Origin: Camelus ferus
Lineage: Eukaryota
DNA length: 64,000 nt
Assembly (NCBI RefSeq): GCF_009834535.1
Contig: NC_045697.1
Span: 61,568,001 to 61,632,000, forward strand
Reading direction: 5' to 3'
Positions 1-11,639 of this stretch are shown piece by piece. Both the position numbers and the translations under genes were made by a program. Position 1 is the stretch's first letter; every line of letters begins with the position of its first letter. Below the pieces are notes generated by a model, which did no database searches, was not told the DNA's origin, and saw only the letters and a program-made list of their open reading frames with translations.

Positions 1-419
1 AACCTCTACAATTTTCATTTTTGGTTAAAATTTTTTCTTACTAAGATTCTAAAAACCCAAAATATATCTTATCATTTTTCCTTCCAGTTTTATGTATCAT
101 CTTTCAGATTCATTGTTACCAATTTTATCTTGCCAGTTTCCTAGACTAATTAGTGAAGAAACAGTGTCAGATTTCTACCTAATCATTTAAGTTTGACAAT
201 TTGTGCTAAGGACATTTCTGATATAGGTATATATGCAATTCTGAAAATCAGGATAGTTAGTGGTTATGGTCTTTGTTTTATGTGATTGTTCTTGTTGTGT
301 AGAGATTCGTACAAGAGCATACAAAGAATAGACTTGAATAGGTAACCGAAATTGAACATTTTGCCTACATAATAAAGTGGAAACTCCATAGTATGGCATG
401 CAAAGCCATGAGCGATTTG

Positions 420-720
420 AACCTAACCTATCTTCCCATAGTTTATCTCATTCCACTCCTTTCACTGCAGTCACCTCCAGACTACTTGCCTTCTACTTAT
501 TTTCCTTCCCTATCCATCTGGTAAACTGCTTTACATCCATCAAGATTCTGTGAAAGTCTGCATCCATCAACATTCTCCTTTGTGAAAGCTTCCCAAGTCC
601 CTCAAAGCTCACAAATGTTTCAACTTATAGCACTTTTTCTAGAGTTCTATTGTGAGATTTAACATGTCATATCACAATTGACAGTGTGTAACTATCTCAC
701 TGAGGAAACAATTTGGTTGA
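420..720 (+). mobile_element. L2 LINE 3' fragment (ancient, degraded)
   Basis: Pyrimidine-rich degraded tract ending 'aaacaatttggttgaggaagg', resembling the L2 3' terminus; boundaries approximate. Confidence 0.5.
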
Positions 721-1434
721 GGAAGGAAGGGTAAGGGAACAAATAAGTTGGTCATATGCATCCTTTCTTTCCCTACCTCCCGAAACCTAGAGCCATGCTT
801 GCCTTAGTGATTAGAATACAGAACAATGGAAAATCACCACACCACACGGTATCACATCACAGAATTTTCTCTGGTTGTTTTGTTTAGGACCCTTGCCTTA
901 GAGTTGATCTCAAATTGGTTAAAGAAAAAACATACAATTTTAAAACTTGTTCCCTAGTTCTTTGCCAGGGGTAAAGACCAAAAGTAGATAGCCCCTTGCA
1001 TAGGAAAATATATTAATGAATATTTGAATGCATGCTTCAGAAGCAGAGGTAGAGACATAATGGTTGTATACAAGAATGTAAAAGTAGTAAGAGATGTGAA
1101 GGACTGGCAAAGCGAGCATAAACATGAGAAATCTGAGTAAAGCAGAGATACAGGAGGAGAGAGTGGTAGTTGTGAGCCAAAAGGAAGGGAACCCAGCCAG
1201 TGTGATGACAATAGACTCATGTTTCAAGAGGAAAGCTAGGATCAGATGACTGGATGAAGTAGACCCAGGAATGCAGGACCCTCGAAATCTACAGAAATGT
1301 TATAGAGGCAATTCTACAATACATGGGATGGATGGAATCTCAAATTATCTTACTTGGATATCTTACTTGGATAAATAAAGGGTGATCCAGAATGCTAGAG
1401 GCTTAGTGCCTTAATATTTTCTCAAAACTGTTGA

Positions 1435-2529
1435 ACTGGAGCTCCTGTTAAGGCATGGTGGCTTAGCCCACTATAACTCTTTCTTCACACTGATTACAAC
1501 TAAAAACTCTAGATGAAAGGCAAAATAACTACCTAAAGAATCTAGAAAAATAAAGGAAATTGGGCAGATTATGAAGGAAAACTAAAACTTTGAAAAGTAA
1601 CCTAAGTGAACAGCTAAAATTCTATAGAAACTCCATCTTCCTAGCCCAGCAAAGTAGCCTCTGTAGGTTGGAGGGGTGGAGGAATCACAGAGAAAATAGA
1701 GCTGAAGAAGACAGGCCACTGATTGTGAGCATGAATCATCACAAGCTTCAGATTCACCCCTAAGCTATGCCTGTGTGGGACAGAACCAAATCAGTGTAGC
1801 AAAGGCTTACAGAACTGGACTGTGATTTGAAACACCACCTACAGAAGGCAACAGAACTTAAGGTCTGAAATTACCTGGATTGAATGCTGCTAAAACAAAC
1901 ACATCAACATGCTCTAGAGAATCGTAACAAGACCCAGAATCGATAGAAATTAATATTCACAATGTTCAGAACATAATTCAGAATTACTCAATGTATAAAA
2001 AATCAGGAATGTGAAAAATTCTCAAGGAAAAAGATTATCAGTAAATGGCAGCCCTGAGATAACTCAGAACAATTATGTGACACATATTTTAAAGCAGCAA
2101 TTTTACTATGCTCCTGAGATAAGTAAAAGGTGTTGAATTCAATGACTAGATAAAAATTCTCAGCAGATAAATAGATCTTATAGCAAAAACCCAAATGGTA
2201 ATGTAAGAAGTGAAAAATGCAATATCTAAAGTAAAACAACAACCAAAAAAACAAAACCAACCTTATTGGATGGGCTGAACAGAAAGGAGAAAAAAGAAAT
2301 CAATGAACTTGAAGATAGTCAACAGAAATTATTCAGTCTGAAGGACAGAGAAAAAAAATTAACAGAGCCTCAAAGATCAAAAGGTCTAACCTAGGAAAAT
2401 TGAAGTATTAGGAGAGGAGAAAGAGATTTGACAGAGAAAAATATTTGAAGAAATAATGACCAAAAATTTCTCAAATGTGATGAAAGATATATATATAGCT
2501 AAGTAAATACTAAACAGAATGAAATAAAA

Positions 2530-2568
<39 letters not shown>

Positions 2569-2638
2569 CATAACCAAATTGCTGAAATAAAAGATAAATG
2601 GAAAAAATTAAGAAACAACCAGAAAATATGATACATTT
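1435..2638 (+). mobile_element. Old L1 (L1M-type) 5' UTR/ORF1 remnant
   Basis: A-rich L1 ORF1-like motifs such as 'aatcaatgaacttgaagatagtcaacagaaattattcagtctgaaggacagag' and 'aaaaatatttgaagaaataatgaccaaaaatttctcaaat'; no intact ORF. Confidence 0.75.
2533..2565. repeat. (CA)n microsatellite
   Basis: Perfect run of about 16 AC units. Confidence 0.95.
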
Positions 2639-3024
2639 TGTTATAAGCTGAATTATGCTCTCCTAACATCTATATGTTTAAGTCCTAACCTCTAGGACCT
2701 CAGAATGTGACTGTATTTGGACCTAGGGTCTTTAAAGAGGTAATTAAGATAAAGCAAGGTCATTGATGTGAGTCCTAATCAAACATGACTGGTATCCTTA
2801 TAAGAAGAGGAAATTTGGATGTAGACATGTAGAGAGAAGACCATGTGAAGACACAGGGAGAAGATGGCCATCCACAAGCCAAGGAGAGTGGTCTCAGAAG
2901 AAACCAACTCTGCAGACACCTTGATCTCAAAATCTAGCCTCCAGAATTGTGAGAAAATAAGTCATTTTATTTAAGCCTCCCAGTCTGTGGTACTTTGTTA
3001 TGGCTGCCCCAGCAAACTAACATA
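2639..3024 (+). mobile_element. MaLR solo LTR, MLT1B-like
   Basis: MLT1 motifs 'cctcagaatgtgactgtatttgga', 'tccttataagaagagg' and 'tctgtggtactttgttatggc'; 5-bp TSD cattt at 2634-2638 and 3025-3029. Confidence 0.9.
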
Positions 3025-3039
3025 CATTTGCTCTATGCA

Positions 3040-4396
3040 TTCAATATATTTCCAATTAAAACTCCAACATACTTTCTTTTTTGCAGAAATAGAAAAGGAG
3101 ATTCTAAAATGTATAGGAAAATGCAAATGATCTAGAATGATCAAAAATAAAGGAGTAAATAAATAACATTACAGGACTTAACTGATATCAAGACTTAAAC
3201 TATAAAGTTATGATAATCAAGATAGTACAGTATTAAAAACAAGATAACCAAATAAATGGAACAGAATAGATATTGTCTAGAAATAGACATATAAATATAT
3301 AGCCACTTGATTTTTCGACAAAGATGGCAATTCAGTGGGGAAAGGAATGTCTTTTTAACAAATAATGTTGGATAAATTGGATATCCACATGGAAAAAAGT
3401 GAACATTGATCCTTGCCTCATACCAACCATGAAATTTAACTTGAAATGGATTATAAAACTAAATGTAAAACAAACTACAAAATTCTAGAAAAAGTTCTAG
3501 GAAAAAATCTTTGCCACCTTGGGGTAGGTGAAGATTTCTTAAAGAACACTTAAAAATTCAAAGCATAAAAGAAAATAGAGAAATTAGATTCCATCAAAAT
3601 TTAAAGCTTTTTCACATTGTAAGACACTATTTCAAAAACAAGAAGATAAGCTACAGACTGAAAGAAAATATTCACAACACATGTGTCAGACAAAAGAATT
3701 ATAACTGGAATATATAAAGAACTCTTAAACTTTAATAATAAAAAGACAAACAGTGCAATTCAAAAATAAACATGCAAATATTCACTTTAGAAAAGAGTAT
3801 ATATGACGAAAAGTTCATGAAAAGATGTTCACCATTATTGGTTATAATGGAAATGCAAATTAAAGCCACAGTGAGATACCAATGGCCAAAGTTACTTTTT
3901 AAAAATTAAACTTTTATCTCTACCAGACCCAAACATTAAACCCCTATATTTAACAAAAAGATACAAAACACATACATCCACACAACACTTGTACAAAATG
4001 TTTACAGCAGCTTCAGTTGCAATAACCAAAAAACTGACATTAGTATCTATGTCCATGAATGGAGGAATGGTAATACCCATTCTACTGAACACTACTCAGC
4101 AGTAAAAAGGAATGAATTGTATTGATACACACAACAACATGGAAAAATCTCTAAATCATTATGCTGAGTAAAAGGAGTCAGATTTTTTAAAAGAATGTAT
4201 TACATTAGTATAAAATTCTAAAAGTAATTTATAAATTCTAAAAACAATTCAGTGATTGTCTGGAGCATGTGGTGGGGGATGGGGTGGTTTGCCAAGGGGC
4301 ACAAGTAAACTTTATGTTGTAACTAAAATGCTCATTATCTTGTGACTATGATATGCGTATGTATATAAGTTGATCAATTTGTATACTTTAAATATA
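3040..4396 (+). mobile_element. Old L1 (L1MB-like) ORF2 3' part and 3' UTR
   Basis: Degraded L1 ORF2 C-terminal motifs ('ggaaatgcaaattaaagccacagtgagatacca', 'acaacaacatggaaaaatctctaaatcattatgctgagtaaaaggagtcaga'); the 3' UTR resumes after the Tigger at about 6333-6380. Confidence 0.85.
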
Positions 4397-4728
4397 CAGT
4401 CAATTCTTATTCATGATAGCTATGTTCTATAAAGTTGTTTCAAATACTGAATTAGAGAATGTGCAACTATTGCTCCTAGGGAAACACAGAGTTAGGTTCC
4501 TGTGAGCCTCTCTTGTCAACAACATTTCCATCAACCAAAATGCCACTTGCTTTGTAAATATTTGTTTACCAGCATCCTTGTAAAACAAGCCTTTCTCATC
4601 AGCACTGAGTACCTGTTCTCCCACATATCCTCTTCTTGTGTAAAACTTAGCAAGCACTTAAAAAATTTTTCTGCAGCCTCCTGAACTACAAACTTAGCTT
4701 CACACACAAGTTCAACATTTTTCCCATG

Positions 4729-5645
4729 TGTTAAAATAAATTTCTATCTCCAAGATGGAGCTGCTCCTTTCCAGGGTGCCACATCAGCAAACTGAAAGTT
4801 AGATATTTCATTTGCCTGTTAATGCTTCTTCATTAGGTCAGAAACCCAATATATCCAGTCAGTCGATTCCCCAAATGCCAAGCCAACTGTAGGCTCTATA
4901 CTTACTTCCTTTTTCCTTGATCTATGTAAATACGGTATGAAACCCTAACCAATCAACTGAAGTCCAGTACTTCATTGTTTTCTGCTTGTGTGACCCCAGA
5001 ACAGTCTAAACCTGGCTCTATCCTGTTTCTAACAAGATACAGAGTTGTTTTTCAGAGACAACAGAACAAAACCACAAGTTATGCAGCCGAAGCTTGGGCA
5101 GAGGAGAAAATTTTGACAAACACCCAGAACCAAAGTTTGTCCCCACCATGGAATCAACAGACCGGGACATGACTGGAACCTGAACACCAGAACCCTTTCC
5201 TAAGCAAAGGGTCCTTTGTCCAGGAAGATCTGGTGTGGAAGCCCAGTTACTATCCCTTACCAAAGATGGCCAAATTCCAAAGCCCTCCAATTGAAATCCA
5301 CCCTCACCAGTGTTTCCACATACCAACCCTCTATCTCTAACTCTAAAAAGCTTGACCAAACACCAGATCAGGGAGATTTGAGTCGTGCCTCCTGTCTCCT
5401 TGCAGGTCCACCGCTCAAGAAAAAACTCTTTTCTCAAACACCAGCACCATTGTGTTGGTTTCTATACATGTCAGCAGGCTGTAAACTCTTTCTGGGTAAC
5501 ACTTGCCTCTTTCTATAAAAGCTTGCAGCCCTCTCCCCTTACTTCACAGTTCTCTGAACTCTTGAGAGTGGGAACTGCGGCTTCATGAAGCGTTAAATAA
5601 AGTTTGTTTGTATCACCTAAATTGTCTTCTTTAATCATTTTAACA
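4729..5645 (+). mobile_element. ERV1-class solo LTR (outer; about 400 bp after removing the inner LTR)
   Basis: Perfect terminal inverted repeat TGTTAAAAT...ATTTTAACA; 4-bp TSD catg/cata; TATAAAA near 5514; AATAAA near 5596. Confidence 0.8.
4989..5501 (+). mobile_element. ERV1-class solo LTR (MER34/MER39-like) nested in the outer LTR
   Basis: Termini TGTGACCCCAGA...TCTGGGTAACA; exact 4-bp TSD cttg at 4985-4988 and 5502-5505. Confidence 0.8.
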
Positions 5646-7204
5646 CATATTACCTTTTGAAACATGGAAGCCAGCCAGTAGTAGTCAAAGAGGGTTTAAC
5701 ATTTTCCTGACCTTGCATAACATACATGTACATTCCTTTGGCTTTCAGCCTCCTTATAATACTATCCATTATGCTTTTTAAAAAATCAGTCATCTCATGA
5801 ATCACAAATTTAGCCACTTTTCCATATTTTCCATAGCTTCATGTATAAATGTTACTTTAGCACTTTCCAGAGCAGCCTAACATACAGACTGACAGATTTT
5901 CTCTTCCTTTTCTGGATGCGCCATATTGTTGACTCATTAACACTGAACTCAGAGCCAGAAGCACTAGAACTTATGCCTGACAGAAACTGACCTAAGCCAC
6001 ATACTTCCTTGGCACATCACAGCCTTCTTATACTTAGGAACACCAGATAGCACTTCAGCACCATGCTTGGGAGATTATTTTTTTCAACAGCAAAATCAAC
6101 AAAAAGCACAAAAAATGTGAATAATGTGGTACTGAATGCATCACCAAAAAAGCACTTGTTTACAATCTGAGAACCAAAGCATGAAGGCAAGGCAAATTTT
6201 CAGTGTTTTGCTGTTTTGCACATGTCCATGAGGGACTCAAAAAGCACCATGAGTATTGATTTTGGGATGACAAATAAATTTTAGCAAGTAGGCAAATTCA
6301 CAAATATGAGATGTGCAAATAAGAGTCAACTGTGTATAGATTGCTGTACTTCAATGATACGTCAAAGATCTATGAAGAAAATTGTTGGTGCATGTCCAAA
6401 TGAATGAATGAAGGAACTCAAGTAACTGTGCAGAACAAAGCCTTCAGATATGCACGTGTACAGCAGCCAGTCTGAGACTCTTGGGAATTTTGCAGTAATC
6501 TCTGCCCATTCCTTCTGTGCCATCTGCAGAACAAAACCAGGAACACCTGACAACTGATTGTAACACAAGCTGCCAGCTTGGTGACACTGATACTTTACTT
6601 TAGTCACATCCATACTTAAGGAACAAAGCATGTGGAAAAAATGGAGATGATCGCAGACCGTCCTCCAACACAGTTTATACAGGTGTTCCCTGCTCTGAAG
6701 AGGACACCATAACGTTTTTTTTTCTCACAGGTCTACTCATTCCAAAGTTACTAACAGCCACTGTGACCTGAAAGAAGTCTGTATATTTTTTCTGGTTTAA
6801 ATTAGCACATTGAAGGTATCACTGGAATGATTTTTGTGCAGACAATTTAGAGACTACAGCTCACCCCATTCTAAATCATGTCTCTTTCCCAGTTTAGTTA
6901 GCAAACACACCAAGTAACTTAAAAAAAAATCTAGGCTCTCCCTGAAAACAACCAATATTGCCACTATTTCTCAAATGTGTCACTGTCCTCCTGTTGCTAA
7001 GCTACTCATTTTAACATTCTTACTCCACATTTCATTTTAAATTATTCCTCATCACTCTTACTTGTAAATCATATTGGTCTAAATGTAAACTCTTTTATCT
7101 GTGTTTTTGCTGTTTTCACCTAACAGTTGTTTTAGTTGTTTAGTTGTTTTCTGTTTGTTTATTTTTTCAGGAATAGCTTAACCAATTTATTTTTGCTTAT
7201 GTTC

Positions 7205-7310
7205 TTTTTTTTTTACCTTTTTTTATTTTTAAGTTTTATTAGGTAGAATTATTACAGTTCGATTGCACATATACATTATATTGCATGTAAATACATTATA
7301 AAGTATACTG
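7205..7310 (-). repeat. Short poly(A)-tailed retroelement 3' end, family unidentified (copy 1)
   Basis: 65-bp core 7232-7296 differs at 4 positions from 33989-34053; the minus strand ends with AATAAA and an A-rich tail. Confidence 0.6.
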
Positions 7311-7734
7311 CATTTTTTTTAGTTTACATATATGTACTAATTATTGTTTCTAGGAACATATTAAGCTTTCAATATGTTTAAAATATTTCAACTTTTAACT
7401 CCTGATGATTTGTAGTTCAGGAAAAAAATAACCGTAGACCTCACAAATAGGCAGGATATTTAAGATACTTTCTTTTAAACTCAAATATCTTGGCTTCTGT
7501 GCTGCTGTCTTTTTGACAACTTTTCCCTCTCTATTTCTGACTCTCTGGGTGTATGTACTTCTGTCTATCATTCTCCATTCCTATCTTTCTCATTTTCTTT
7601 ACTGATTACTGTCAATCTGTGTCATTGTTCATCTTTGCAAGTCTTTTTCTTAATCTGGCTTTCAGTTTCTGTCACTTCCTATAGCTGATTTCTTTTTCCC
7701 TTCTATTTCCTCTTTTTCTTTCTGCTGTCATGGC

Positions 7735-7990
7735 AGATAGCACAGCGCAGCAGTTAAGAGTTTGGTCTCTAGAGCCAGAGTTCTCAGGTCTGAGTACTGG
7801 CTTTGCCACTTAATGAGTATAACGAGTAAACAACGTAAGCCTTCTGGGCTTCAGTTTCCTCATCTCTAAAATGAGGATAATAATAGCATTCTCAGACAGT
7901 TTTTATTAGTTTTACATGAGTCATCCTTGCAAGTCACTTTTGAAAGTGCCTACAGTAGCACAGTGATCACTACTGTGTTTGCTAAATAAA
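7735..7990 (+). mobile_element. MIR SINE
   Basis: MIR core 'ggcttcagtttcctcatctctaaaatgaggataataatagc'. Confidence 0.85.
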
Positions 7991-9439
7991 TAGTAAGTGT
8001 AATCTATTATCAGAAATATTACACTGACATGGAGACAGTGATATTGAATTAAGTGGAAACAATTACAGAAACAGGCTAAACTGCAGGATTGAAAAGGAAA
8101 GATTTGGAGCAGGGCAGTATCAGGGACTTGGGATGAAAACACCTTTACATAGAAATAAAACCCTTCTGGTCTTTCTGATGATTATCAATGCATTTTAGAG
8201 TGAGGGACAGCCTATTCTCCTACAAGAAATGTTAAGAACCCAGGAAGACTCTGAGAAGACTTAGAGGTGCATGACTGAGGGAACACAGTAAGAGGATGAC
8301 AGGGATGGAAATAGTAAAAAGTGGCATTAACAACTCAGATAAGTAAAATAAGTTTGTTAGGATAAGGTACAAGGGAGAATGAAGTTAGTCTGCATTCCAT
8401 CAGGTTCCGCATGGAAGCCTACTGGACAGCATTTTGAATAAGGCAGAGGCAGTGTCAGGCTCGAGATAAGAAAAAGGCAGTGTTTCTAACGGGGGTATAC
8501 ACACATATTCTAGATGTGCAGCATTATGGTAGTGCCCAGAAAGAACGGTGTGTATGTGTATGAACCACTTTTTTCTGTGTACAGCATTTTTTACAAAATG
8601 AAATAAAAGGCACCAGAAAAGTCAATGTTGAAAAGAATTTCATCCCCAAAAGAAATTGTTTACTTCAGTGAACTGCCTTAAAGAGTTCTGACACATGTTC
8701 TCTGTCTTCTTTCTCCCCACTTCACACTCAGCCCTGCTGATCTACAGGTAACTTTAGGCCCACCTCCAGGAAGAGACAACAGCCTACCAGAGATTCTTCA
8801 CCAGTTTGTGGTAATCTTAATGATGCAGTAAATCCTTTTTTCACTTCACTTGTAGTGGTTCTGACTCTGTGACTGAATTCTACCTGGTGTACTGCCTCAG
8901 CAAACAGGAATGCAACCAAGTACAACTTCTAATTCTGTCCTAAATTATTTTTTAAAAACTAATGCATCAGTTATATCCCTAATATGATGGTAATAACTTT
9001 TTGTACTATAAATATATGCAAAATAAAGCCAAAATATACTAACTTAGTAGAATTAGATAATCTAATATTTTTCTATTTCCAACTGCTTCTGCAATTCTTT
9101 TGTATAAATTCTTTAGCCAAATTGTTAAATGCTCTAAGAAAAAGACAAAATCCAACCTTTCATAAATATTTTTCCTCTTTAGTAAATGTTTTCCCTTTCA
9201 TCCTGAAAAGAAATTCTCCACACTTCAGTTGTCTGCCTTAAAAAATTCTCATAATCTATAACCTTGGTTACAAAATAATCCTACTGGTTGACTATGCCTC
9301 TGGGGCCTTCTCACTGATTTCAGTGTTAGTGTCAGTATTAGCTAGACTATACATCTGAATACTGATTTCCATGCCCCATACACGCTAACTGGGGACTAGG
9401 ATTTCAACATAACTTTATGGGGAAACACTATTCAACCCA

Positions 9440-9760
9440 TAAACCAGCCAAACGGAGATGAAGGAGAGAGCATTCCGTGCACAGGGCACAACAAGTATAA
9501 GTCACCTGACTCTGAAAAGAAAGCATTGTTTAAAGACCAGAAAACACGCTCTCATGAGACTGGAGAAGAGACTGAGAAGAGCGGTGCAGAGGGAGATTGC
9601 CCAGGGGAGAGCATTGTAGGGCAATGACAGTCAGAGTAAGGTGTTTGCAATGGGAAAACACTCATGTGTTTCAAGAAGGAAAGTGACACGATCTAATTTC
9701 TAATTTTAAAAGATCACTCCAGGTGCTAGGTGTTGAATGGATTGCAAGGGGTGGGGTAAT
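9440..9760 (-). mobile_element. L2 LINE fragment
   Basis: Antisense L2-like motif 'ttttaaaagatcactccaggtgctaggtgttgaatggattg'. Confidence 0.6.
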
Positions 9761-10494
9761 AAAAATTTTAATATAGGAAAAACTTGTTAAACAAAACAAT
9801 ACTATAAATAACCAAAGAAGACATAGTAAACAAAGTTAAAAGTTAGCAGAAGACTGGAGGAATATATTGAAAGCATAAATAATACAATCATTTAGTATGC
9901 TGATATATATAAAAGCCAAAAAATCAATAAGAACAAGATGAACAATTTAACGGATATAAGAAATATAAATAAGCAATTCACAGGTACAAAAATGGTCGAT
10001 TACCTATGAAAACAGGTTCAACTTTACCAGCATTTGAGAAGACATAAGCAATGAGTTTTAAGCTTTCATCTATCAAATTTTTTAAAAAGTTTTATAAAAT
10101 TAAGTGTTAATAAGAGAGAGATGAAATAGATACTATGAAATACTGCTATTAGGGATGTGACTAGATATAAATATTTTAAAAATGATAATTCACTTGTTCT
10201 GTACCTATCCTACAGAATATATTCCCAAATATATGATGTTCACTATTCTGTTAATATTTTTATACAGTACATATGTTATATATATTAAAACATTCGAACA
10301 GTCTGTGCTTTCTATAGGTACATATCCATCAGCATAGAAATATTTTTTTAAAATCTTAAAAATATAGACCAAACTGATTCTAATAGTTATCTCTGAGTGA
10401 ATTATTGGACTTAGAAAATTGGTAAATCGAAGGAGAATTTAATCATATCTCATTGTTTTAATGTTTTAAATCAGGAAAATGCATTCCTCACAGA

Positions 10495-10690
10495 CACAGT
10501 ATAATACAGTAGTTAGAAGTACAGACTCTAGAGCCAGACTGCCTGGTTTTAAATTCCAAGTCAGTGATTTACACATGCACGACCTTGGGCAAGTTACTTA
10601 GGTTATTTGTTCTTCTGCTTTTTTAATTTGTAAAATGAATATAAAAATTAAACCTACTTATACATCATTTTGGATACATTTGATGATTGA
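10495..10690 (+). mobile_element. MIR SINE
   Basis: 'acagactctagagccagactgcctgg...gaccttgggcaagttactt'. Confidence 0.8.
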
Positions 10691-11039
10691 ATTAATGTTT
10701 TATATATATATGTGTGTGTGTGTGTGACTGTATGTGTATATATATAGATGAATATGTATGTACTTGTGTATGTGTATCAAGATTGTTGCACCAACCCTGA
10801 TATATAGTAATGTTAATTCTTATAACTTGTGTAATTTAAAATATTTTAAAAGTTCAATGTGACTCCAAAGAAAAAGATTACTATCAATTTTGGGAAATAC
10901 ATGCAGAACAGTAAACATAAATCTGTATTTCCATTGTATTATTTCAGAGGGAGTTACCTTTTACTGTTGGAATGATAAGAGAAACTAACAGAAGATGCGG
11001 GACTTTTAAATCTCAGATTTAGATAAGTTTACATGAGAA

Positions 11040-11400
11040 AACACGCATCAGTGAAGAAAACATCTCTGGTTGGATTAGGAAGTTCACCTAAGGATGTTGT
11101 CGGGAAAGAGCATGATGCATAAAAGGCTCTGAATTTGATGCTCTGGGGTTTGAACTTTATCTCTGTAACAAAGAAGAGTCCTTGATGCTTTTCAAGCAGA
11201 GGAATGATATGGTATGCTAGCAGTTTTAGGTTGACTTTTCTATCTTGGTATACAGGATTGACTGTAGAGGAAACACCAAAGCAAGCAGGCTTATCACAGC
11301 TGTAGCAATAGTTTGTATGGTGATGAGGATTAGAACTAAAATGGTTAGAAATGGAAAGAAAAGAAAGATCAACAGTATCTGAGAATCCCTTGGTTTCCAG
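11040..11400 (-). mobile_element. L2 LINE fragment
   Basis: Antisense L2-like motifs 'tttgaactttatctctg' and 'ttcaagcagaggaatgatatggt'. Confidence 0.55.
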
Positions 11401-11423
11401 AAATACATCACCTTACACCCAAT

Positions 11424-11592
11424 TAGAGTTGCCAGATTTAGAAAATAAAAACATAGCAAATACAGTTAAATTTGAACTTCAGATAAAATAACAAAAGTTA
11501 TTTAATTTTAAGTATACCCCTAAAATTGCCTTTATTGTTTTTCTGAAATTCAATTTTAACTGGATATCCTATATTTTTATCTAGCATTCGTA
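11424..11592. mobile_element. MER53-like palindromic hAT MITE
   Basis: Arms 'cagttaaatttgaacttcagataaa' and 'ttttctgaaattcaattttaactgg' are near reverse complements; near-matching 8-bp TSD cacccaat/accccaat. Confidence 0.8.
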
Positions 11593-11639
11593 ACCCCAAT
11601 AAACATATTTTATATTTATAATCAGATTTAATCATCCTG

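Larger units (their letters stand above)
4397..6332 (-). mobile_element. Tigger4 (Zombi)-like TcMar DNA transposon, internally deleted and interrupted by LTRs
   Basis: Inverted termini cagtcaattc.../...gagtcaactg with TA on the left flank; the minus strand matches the recalled Tigger4 5' end; ORF 4427-4657(-) has QVLSADEKGLFYK, similar to the pogo/Tigger DDE motif QVFNADETGLFWK. Confidence 0.85.

Noticed and set aside
4975..5588. Several ORFs of 65-139 aa
   Set aside because: They lie within LTR sequence and have no recognisable domain
6362..6631. 89-aa minus-strand ORF containing an acceptor-like site
   Set aside because: No recognisable homology in any frame and no good downstream donor
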